This document shows positions 54,301-64,000 of a stretch of DNA of 64,000 bases, piece after piece; the first letter of the stretch is position 1; each line of letters starts with the position of its first letter. The notes below the pieces were generated by a model that had not been told where the DNA came from, did not search any database, and saw only the letters and a list, made by a program, of their open reading frames with translations. The stretch is from Paraspadella gotoi. Its lineage: Eukaryota > Animalia > Chaetognatha. Location: contig CM119266.1 in NCBI GenBank assembly GCA_051294375.1, forward strand, positions 1,803,554 to 1,867,553. The letters are read 5' to 3'. A program made the translations under genes and the position numbers.

Positions 54301-54775
54301 TAGATTAAGCTGCAATAAGGGGACGGGCTCTGAGTGAGGGGTAACTATCTGGCTTGGGCATAATTGTGGCGAAATTAATCGGTTTTGCCATATGCAACAG
54401 AAAGAAAAGCTTAGGCATAACGACGCAGATGTATGGTTCATTTGTGTGAAAATGAAGGCGCTGTTGAATAAGTTAACTACCTGATACGATAACAAAAAGC
54501 AATCGAGGTATAACCTATTTAACACTGGTGAAGAAAAGCTTAAGTAATTTAAAAAACTCACGAAGACTAGAGCCGTTATTAACAGCATATCAAAGGAAAG
54601 TAATAATAAAACCGAGGAAAACTTGTCTGTTTTTCGTATATAATTCATATTTAAAAATTATTCATTAAAAAAAAAAAACTCGAAATTGGAGACGGACTTT
54701 ATACTCGACATTATATATAAGCGATTGATTTTATATATTACGTACAAAATAATTTAGGAAGTTATTAAAAAGCAA

Positions 54776-57650
54776 TCAACGCGCATCCAGAACTCATTCG
54801 AGCCATTGCTTGTTATTATTTCCTTACGGTCGTATATATCCGTGACACAGATTTTTATGAGGGTGAGAATTTGACGTACAAAAGATATCGTCAAAATCGT
54901 GCGGCGACGATTGGGAAGATTTCCGCACGTGTGGTTCTTTGGACATTGTTACTAAGATATCGTCTGCGACGTTTTATAACACTAATGAAATTACGAACGC
55001 ATTCATTTTTTATTTTTTTTGGTATAGCTCGTCAAATAGGAGAAGGAATTTAAACAAATATGTTGAATTTGATAATACAAAAAAATACATATTTATGAGT
55101 TGAGTTCTCATTCTCTTCTAATATCATCCAAATGGCATATACGGCGTACTTCTGCAAACGTTGGTTATAATCATGTCTGTCCTGCGTTATGTTACCGACA
55201 TCATATAGTGTTAGCGATTTTCCTCCCATGTTAACATCTTCACGCCAATTTATCACCTCTCTATATCATATAACATCTTGACATGAATCAGTTCTTCTTA
55301 TCATCCTTTTTCGACTTTCTATCTTCTCGCCCGAGTTTCATTAGCAAATGAGATAATTGTAATATTGTAATATGCTCAAGCTCGAGACTCACGTCCTTGA
55401 GATTAAATCTTTAGAAGAGGCCTGGATTCGTCCACTTGACAAGGGAAGCGGAATGTAGATTCTCTTTTCCAGCCGCCGCCGCAGCGGCCTGCGTCTAGAT
55501 CCGGCAGGGGAAATTTGTCGCCGCTAAAACCATGACTAGCTGCGATGCGTCGTCCACCATCTGTTGAAAATAGGTTATAATGTAAGGGAACAATTTTAAA
55601 GCAACAATAATTGTAAAAAAGTAAACAGAGCAGAGAGGAGAAAAATATTCAAAAACTATAAATATTTTCTTATAGAATAAAAGCACGAACTGTATGGCAA
55701 TTATAGAAATAGTTGTTCTTTTCACCATTTCTTACCCTGTGGGACCCCAAGCGCCGTACATTTGAGGACGCAAGAGTTGCCGGATTTAACACCGCCCTAC
55801 TAGCTTCGTGTTTTTCGGTATATTCTCTGACCACCTCTTGCAGGAGAGAGGGCGGGGGCAAATGGCTGACATCGATCTCGTCGATGAAATCGTCGATGGA
55901 GCATAACAATCTATATCTAAATGTAATTTTAAAAACATAAATTATATCTCACATGAATACACTCGATCATTATATCAGTGGCTTTTCCCACTCTAACCTA
56001 AGCCATTTTCGAAGAGAATTTCACTCACTACTAGCTTTTTTGCGCTCTCTCACTCTTCGATATTTTGTGTAACGTCCAGAGTTTGCGATTTTGATATGAT
56101 AACGTTAATGCAAAAAGTGGTAAGCAGTAAACCTCGGTGGCCACCACGCCTTAGCACATAGGCAGGGCGTTTTCCGGTTCTAGGAGGGAGCACCAACAAG
56201 CATAAGTACTCCCTTCGTCACGGGCGTCTGAATTGCCTGTTCGTTATAAACAAAAATTAATATACTTTCCTGTATATAAAACTTCCGTGATATATTCTAT
56301 TGATATTACTGTGTATCAGTTTTACCTTTAAAAATAATCAAGCCTGGTCTCATTTAACAACTAGGTAAGGCACGTACGGCTTCTTTCTATAATATGCTCT
56401 CTCTTTGTTGGCTTCGTCCGTGACTCGAGCAATACCTTGATGCAATGGCGCAGCCGTGTAGAGAATTTGTAGATCATGACACCCGACGCCGCACACTGCA
56501 ATTTTTCTCGAAGCGAATGTCAGAGTAGTAACTGCATTCACCTGCAATATATCCCAATTGGTACCGTTGGGGTTTTTCGATAGCGATGTCGCCTCTCAAA
56601 GGGATTCGACGAAGATCCTTGTCGTATCGCTTGGTGTTAACTTTTTTTGCAAGGCCAGTTCGTTCGTGCGGATTACCTTGAACAAAAAGCAGAAAAGACA
56701 AGGTTTGAGAAGTTGTGTAGAAAGAATATAAAAGAAAATAGTTAGGCCTTTAGCCATGCCCCTTTTAGCACTCCAGCTCCACGCCTTTCGCGGCTTTATA
56801 GCACCTTCGATTTTGACACCCGGCAACGCCCGGCGGCGGTCCAACAGATTTTCTCTCGGCGGTTGGCGGGGCAGGACGACTTCTGGGGCGACTCCTCTTT
56901 CTATAGATAAAGTTATTTTTCGGATAATTATGGGCGTTAATAAATATGGCGATAATGAAATTGGTACAATAATTTCGCTTTTTACCTTTAAGGTACATTA
57001 TTCTCCTCTCAAAGATTAGGTCCTCTGTGCTCGTGTTATTTTATACCCGATCTGGGAACCTGGCGCCGAGTTGGGCCAAACTGTCTCGGTTCTCGTGTGG
57101 GTTCGTCTATGACAAATCCCATTCCGCCGCACTGGTCGCCGGGATCGTAGCGTTGGTTCGCGCCTGAATTTCCGATCGCTCGTCCGTCATCTTTTATATA
57201 TATTCTTAAATGTTATGTGTTATATATACCTAAGGCACTAACTTTATAATAAAATACTTAAATTATAAATATCAGAATACACCGCTAAAGAGATACCACG
57301 ATATATCATAGTAATTTTAGCCTTTTCTCTTATCTTAAGCTAGCTCTAATGTGCGCGATGATATTTTTTTTGACACTCGTTCGTTATTCCTTCCAGGCCC
57401 AACTTTTAGAGATTTCTTTTAGTTTTTCGTTCCATTGTGAACTTGCCTTTCCGATGCCATGAGGTTACATCTTGATATAGAGTATACGAACAGTAGGGTC
57501 TTGGGCTATTTGTTGGGCAACACTCGCACACCATTAGAATAATTAAAAAATCAAAGTGCGATAAAGTCTATTAGTTTCCAGTACGGGAGCAAAGGGGCGT
57601 CACCTCTCCTGGAAGTTTTGAGCTAGTTGATCGAGCAATCTCCGCATAAA
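54776..57650 (-). CDS. KATNA1: Katanin p60 ATPase-containing subunit A1 (multi-exon; sequence heavily indel-corrupted, boundaries approximate)
   Basis: Motifs recovered in order by allowing indels: MIT-like N-terminus (~57650-57400), DEPTR..VWP (~57100), YDKDLVESLERDI..NPN (~56630), IRRPxKGVLM.G..TGKT..AKAVATE (56230-56130), APSTxFIDEID..HEASR (55900-55790), VMVLAATNFP.DLD..LRRRLEKRIYIPLP (55540-55443), ITNVCR (~55160), KSVS..W..EFG..stop (~54776). Confidence 0.88.
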
Positions 57651-58949
57651 GTTCTGACACATCATTGCAGCATTCACAATACATTTTATTCTGGAATTGA
57701 GCAAAAGGAAAGAGCTATGTATATTTAGAAAGCATGTATATTTCACATTTTTCTCTCATACATCAAAAATTTACACTCTATATTATTCATCCAACTTATT
57801 TCTCATCAATTTTGTTAATTTATTTTCACATCTACAATTTTGCTCGTGTTCATCTTACCAGCTAACAAAGAACAAATAGTTGATACAATCCAACAGAGTG
57901 AATTTCTCGAAATCTAAGATTCATACTCATAAAAAGGAGAACTTTCCAATTCATTGCTAAATGCGTGGCCTGGGTGCTCGCGTTTTATGTGCAAAAATGA
58001 AAATAAAGTTAAAATTAAAAACGAAGGACGATTTATAATTATCATGACGAGCTGGATGGTGTGAACGCTCTGTAGCAGATTAATTTGTGGAATTGTCTGA
58101 AATGAAGACTATGAGTTCCTCATCTCATTTGCATTTGCTTTCGTATTACACTAGATAAGTCTTGGTGATAAAGTTATCTTAATTCTAATTACCTTTTAAA
58201 GGTTGTAATATTATTGCTATATTTACACTTAAGTAAATGATACATGTTTATTTTGTAGTTATAGCCAGTTCAATTAAGCTATATATAATTAATTGATTTA
58301 ATCTTGTTCATAATTGCTAAGTTTTTACTTTAATTTATTTTGTGATTCCCAAGCTGACCTTTCTATGTTTTACATGATGATAAAATGAAAATAATATTCT
58401 CAGAGATATCCTCTCTTATATACTATATAGAAGCTAGAGAATTAGCGAAGGGTCGTATATAATTGACCACATAATATGCTTTGCATAAGCTTGCAAACAC
58501 TTAGGTTTAGCATCAATTAAGTATATATATTAAACATGTATACAATTGAACTATTATCTTGTGCATGTAATGCAAGTTCTAGGGTAGCTTGAATGACATT
58601 GGCAAGCCATAAACTCTCTAGTTCATTAGTCTTTCAAACCAAAGAAGACGTCAACGTTATCCTCACAATATTAAAGTTAAAGTCATTTGAATTATATATC
58701 CTGAACGGCTATACTATAACCGATGTCAATGTATAAACAATATTATTCTAGATAACCTATCATCATCAAAGCATTAAGTAAAGTATTATTTCACTCCGTG
58801 CTGTTATAATGGAGTAATCCTTTTATATCTCGAGGGAAGAAACTAAAATTATTTGGCATAACACGAAAGACATGAGATGCTAAAATTTCTTGAGAAATCT
58901 CATACGCAGAGATCAAAAAGACATGGCGCCGCGATAACGTTACTTCGCA

Positions 58950-61150
58950 GTCAACATACAACTCGTAAACTTAACATATGAAAAACCCGCCTATGTTCAA
59001 TAAAGATAATCAAAGTTATCGCAATAACGACTCTGCTGCAATAAATTGGCAGCATAGGTGAATAGGACTCGATTAGGTCTAATGTCGGCGGAGCTATATT
59101 TGAGTATAATGGCGTCCATTGAATATCAGGAAATCGTTCCTCAATCTCCTTCGCATTGAAACGCACGTAACGGGGAAATTGTCTCGATAGAATCTTGAAG
59201 GAATCGGTAAGCTTCACTTAGAGAAAGGACGATTATTTTGAATGAGAAATGAGAAAAGAAAAAAAACGGAAGACATAGAAAGATCTTTCGATCGGGGGCA
59301 GATCTCGAGGGATCACAAACCCAACATTCCTCCTCAAGATGCGATAGGTAGACGTGTCGTTCGTTGTTCTCGTACTGTGTTCTTCTGTCTCGTGTTGTGC
59401 TATGAGTTCGCGTCATCGAGCGCACGTGTCTCCTGTGTCCGCGAGTCGTAAGTGATATAAGTCGTACGGCGAGATATTGTTGAAAGTCTCAATTGATCTG
59501 ACGGTGTCACCCTCTGCGAAGAAGGCGGAGGAAAAGAATGAAAAAAGGCGATAAGGAAGGTCGCGGCGAGAGGGTAGCTCAAGTAATCTTTATTTGAAGC
59601 ATGAGGTTGTGTTGTAGCAAAAGCACCCAGCAGACGACGAGCTATATATTGAGATCGAATACGACTTCTGGCCAATAAACAATCTGGCAACAGGGACCAT
59701 GGCGTAGCATCGGCGCAGGCGATGCAGCACACCGTCATAACTAGAATGGGGTGCTAGGAACGGACAAAGATTCATAATGCATTTCTCGCACGGCGGCGTC
59801 CGAGATAGTAGCGGGCCGTACGAGAGATAGTACTTGTCCCTCATCAAGCTCAGAAGTTATATTCGACCACTGGACGTTGAAGCAACGTACTTGCACGAGC
59901 TGACACACTCACACCTCGGAAAGGACGGCGACCTGACAACGAGAGCGCTCTGGATGGGACGCCTGGCCTTTCGATGTTAATTGATTCGAATACCCTGATT
60001 TCGGAAGATAAAACCTCGCCTTGAGAATTAATTTATGAAGATTATTACATTTTTTTAAAGCAAACCTTAATGCTAAAATGTATGTCAATTCATACCCAAT
60101 ATACCGGAGCCACTCCCGATCGTCGATAACAACACAATTTGGACTGGTCCGACATCTTTTCCACCTCTTGTTGACTTCGACCTGCTTTTCGTAAAAACGA
60201 AGGAGGCAAAATTCTTTCTGATGTTTTCGGTGAAAGGCGTGTTCGATTCGGGGTTGTGAGAATACTTGATGGGTAGATCTGTTTTTGGGCTAAAAGAAGG
60301 AAAGTTTTCATTTGGATGCATTCAGCAATTTGAAATTTTGATGAAATCGGTCCGTACGCGTACTTTTAAGCCTTTCGAGTCATTGAGAACGCGAGATATG
60401 CTTCTCAACCTCTGCGTCGTTTCATAAAAGCTGGCTTCAAACTTTCAGGTACAAGTGAAACGCTTTTAGTTCGAAGGGGAGACGTTCACTCTTTCGTTAG
60501 TTGGCGCCTGCATCTCTTAAAAGAACTGCACCACTCGCTCGCTAATCGGGAGTAGGTCTTTTCCAAGAATAAATTGTTCAATTGTAAGTCTAAATATGCT
60601 GAATAATTCGAGAGGTAATTTCACGCTTCCTCGAATACTCGAGATTGGCGGCGTGGACCGACCGTTCGAGAAGTCATAATTCAATCGTAACCTTCCAACG
60701 TGTGAAGTGTTACGGTCCTTCGTTGTCGCAAACGAGAACTTGAGCGATTCCCGTAAGTTCCGCTCTCCAGCTTTCTTTTCTCGACGAAGATATTTCTGGC
60801 TGAAAGGCGCGCGCTACGAATGTCATATAAGGTCGATGTCCCTCAGTGTCCTTAGGGCGATGTTTCGCGTGATAGCTGCATTTGCGTTTTGCGCTTTTAT
60901 TCGCCACCTATTGAGGTAAGTCGCAGTTTTTGATAACACTCGTTTTATTTGGCCAAATCATCTGCCGATTAACTTACCCAAAGTGCTCTAGGTTACCACC
61001 TAACGCGTGCCCCGGGTAAGGTTCTAGATTTGATAGGCCGTTAGACACTATCGTCTTCGCAAAGTCTGGCCACCCAATGCCAAGTTTTGGCCAGTTTCAT
61101 CAACAGTTTTACTTTCGTGGCTGGTTTTTGAAGAAACAAACGTAGACCGA
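58950..61150 (-). other. Unidentified coding-like sequence, probably exons of one or more genes
   Basis: Balanced composition and non-repetitive peptides such as FPRYVRFNAKEIEERFPDIQWTPLYSNIAPP and LPDCLLARSRIRSQYIARRLLGAF; no family recognised. Confidence 0.35.
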
Positions 61151-61247
61151 CGTAACGCCTAACCCGTTTTATTAAAAGGAGATGATGAAAGATGAAATAG
61201 GATATAATCGATTCTACGGGAGNNNNNNNNNNNNNNNNNNNNNNNNN

Positions 61248-61701
61248 AAAGAAGAGAGAGAATTGGAATAAAGACAAAATCATAGCAATGACAGAGAGAG
61301 AGAGAGAGATGAGAGAGAGAAAGAAAGAGACAAACCTGGTGTAAATATCGTTGCCTCATTGAATAAAAAAAAAAAGAAATAAATTAATATTTTTAAACAA
61401 GTAAAGTAATAACGGTAAGTAATAATAGGTAAGTTATAATGGTTAAGTAATAATGGTGTGAAAACTGTGAGGAGTTGAGTTTGTAATCATTCTAAAACCC
61501 ACCTTTGGTTTTCAGTTTCGCCTCAAAAAAACGTGCATTAGAAGCGAAGCTAATTTTTTAGGAAGAAACGATTGGGCGTAAGAAGCCTAAGCTCTCGTTG
61601 GGGCCTCTTTTCGGTGAAGAGAGAAAGGGAGACGAATTTCGAACTCGTTTTGATCAAAAGTGGAACCCAGAGAAACGGCCTGTAGGTTGAGAGAGAGAGG
61701 T

Positions 61702-61738
<37 letters not shown>

Positions 61739-63967
61739 GAGAGGAGGAAGCGCTTGTTGCTTCTAATTTGAAAAACCTGCTGAACGGTGCCAGTAATGAG
61801 AAAAGCGGAAAGAGAGAGAGAGAGAGAGAGAGAGAAGAGAGGAATTAAAGAGCGTATTCCCTCAAATTAGCTTCTATTACTCGGCCGAGGTCGGTCACCT
61901 TTCTCTCTCTCTCTCTCACTCATCTCTCCTCAGGCGAAATAGACACGGGGTGCGTCCAGTTCGCGGTCTCGGAGGTTCAAAAGAAACTTCCCGTCAATGG
62001 TTGTCCGTTCGCAACTCACCGCCCCTTTTTCCTCATCAAACTTACCCGCCTTCTTTCAACTTACCAGCCCCTTCCTTAAACTCACGTCCCGCCACTTCCA
62101 TTTAACTCACGGAACCAGCCACTTCCTTTAACTCAACGCCGCACCCTTCAATTCACGTATAGATCTGGATCATTTGACCCGCGCCCTTCCTTCAACTCAC
62201 CCGCCGCCTTCCTTCAACTCACCGGCCCCTTCCTTCAAACTCAAACCGGCCCTTCCTTCAACTTACCCGCCCCTTCATTGCAACTCACCCGCCCCTTCAT
62301 TTCAACTTACTCCGCCCCTTCATTTCAACTCACCCGCCCCTTCCTTCAACTTACACCCGCCCCTTCCCTTCAACTTACCCGCGGAATACCCGCTCCTTCC
62401 TTCAACTCACGCTGCCCCTTCCTATCAAGGGTGTCGCTAATCTTCATGTCAAAATGCAGTTTCTATTCTAATTGTGGGCGGCAAACACGCAACTCAATTT
62501 CTCAAGGACAATAGGAACAATTGGACAATAGGACAATAGGAATAAAAGTCTCGAAAATGCTTAGCCGTCAGATTTCGAAATGTTATTAATTAAAAGTTTT
62601 ATATAAAATCATTTTCAGCAAACGAACGCAAAATAATTACTTTTAGCTATTAATATAATAATTTTAACGATATACGGTTCGTTTTGGGCAACACAAACAA
62701 GATCCTCGTTTGTCATCGAGAGAATTTCGTTTTTCTCGTTAAAAAAAAAAACAGACGAACAAAACAAAACTAAAACAAATAAAAATAAAAAGAAATACAG
62801 AATTTGTTTCCTGACAGAAAAGTTGGTGAGGATGGAGTTTTTTTAATCAATCAAAGACGGAGAATATGGGGGAGAGGGAATAGAAGGAAGAAAAAAGGAA
62901 GAAGGAGGAAGAAAATTGAAGAAAATGTCAGTGGGAGATAGAAAAGAAAATAGAGGAAGGAAAAAAGGTGGGAAGGAGGGATAGATAATATTGAAGAAAT
63001 GTGCAGAGGATGAAGAAAGGAAGAAAATAGAAGGAAAGGAAAAGGTGGAAGGAGGAAGAAATTGAAAAAGAAAATGTCAGAGGAGGAGAGGGAAGATAAA
63101 TAGAGAAAGGAAAAAGAAGGAAGGAGGAGAAAATTGAAGAAAATGTTCAGTGGAGAGAGAGGAAGAAAATAGGGAAAATGGAAAAGGAGGAGGGGGAAGA
63201 AAAATTAAAGAAAATGTCAAGTGGGTGATAAAGAGAAGAAAATAGAGGAAAAGAGAAAAGGAGGAAGGAAGGAAGAATAAATTGAAGAAAATGTCAGAGG
63301 AGAGAGAAGGAAGAAAATAGGAAGAAAGAAAAAAATGAGGAAGGAGGAAGAAAATTGAAGAAGAGACGTTGAAATATTTGGAAGGGGTAATAGGAGAAAA
63401 GGAATATTGAATGAAAAGAGGATTAAAAAAGGAATAATAAAGAATTGAAGGAGGAAGCCTAAAGGAATTTGTTGAAAGGATTAAGGATTAAGAAAAGAGT
63501 AAAATCACGCGGTAATGGGAGAAATAGAAGAGAAAAAAAATATAGCGAAGAGAAGTAAAAGAGGAAGAAGAAGAAGGAAACTAGAACAATAAAAAAAGAA
63601 AGATGAGATCATAGATATAAAGATGAAAAAAAAGATAAGAAAAATTAAGCATGGATCGAAAGTTTTCTTTACGTTGAAATCAAAAGGTGAACTTCGCGCT
63701 AAAATCGGATTTTGAGAGGATCGCGTATCGCATTTAAAAAATATTCGATATAATCGGGGTCGGGACGAGGCGGCATGTAAAACGGGTAGGGGGGGGGGAG
63801 GGATGGAGGGGAAAGACGGAGGTGGCTGCGGGGGGGTGGGTTGGTGGGGGTGGAAGAAGAAGAAAGAAGAAGAAGTAAGCAGAAGGGAAGAGTTTTAGAA
63901 AAGGAGAGACCGACCATGCGAGAGAAGCGAGAAGAGCGAAAACATGTGTGTAAACGACGCGAGGGAA

Positions 63968-64000
<33 letters not shown>
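61248..64000 (+). repeat. Copy C (starts after an N gap, runs off the window)
   Basis: AAATCA(T/C)AGCAATGACAGA..., TCTAAAACCCAC(C/T)TTTGGTTTTC..., both minisatellites and ATGGATCGAAGTTTTCTT match copy A. Confidence 0.9.

Noticed and set aside
54776-57650. Programmed frameshifting or RNA editing to explain the broken katanin frame
   Set aside because: Indels are dense, irregular and also affect non-coding duplicates elsewhere in the window, which fits raw long-read error.

Overview
Eukaryotic (most likely invertebrate metazoan) genomic DNA, AT-rich and dense in (AG)n/(CT)n/(GTC)n microsatellites. It comes from a draft assembly with N gaps, indel-rich long-read-like segments and several uncollapsed duplications. 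Almost all ORFs in the supplied track are microsatellite artefacts; the real genes are spliced. (1) A + strand type-B carboxylesterase/cholinesterase-family gene has five phase-compatible GT-AG exons (11311-32922). Its nucleophile motif reads GEGAG and its acid-residue motif reads GVDRRPG, so it is probably non-catalytic. (2) A complete 3-exon, 184-aa secreted protein gene lies antisense inside one intron of that gene (18314->15620), with a frameshifted tandem copy. (3) A compact, microsatellite-free island (~50400-61220) of very error-rich sequence holds katanin p60 (- strand), a probable Rad21/Rec8 kleisin and unidentified coding-like sequence. Also present: a HINE-like repeat family, a tRNA-derived SINE, a telomere-like array next to a 46-bp palindrome, several minisatellites and a ~2-kb-arm inverted duplication. 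No prokaryote-type system (CRISPR, operon) is supported. All homology calls rest on motif recognition by eye, not on searches.
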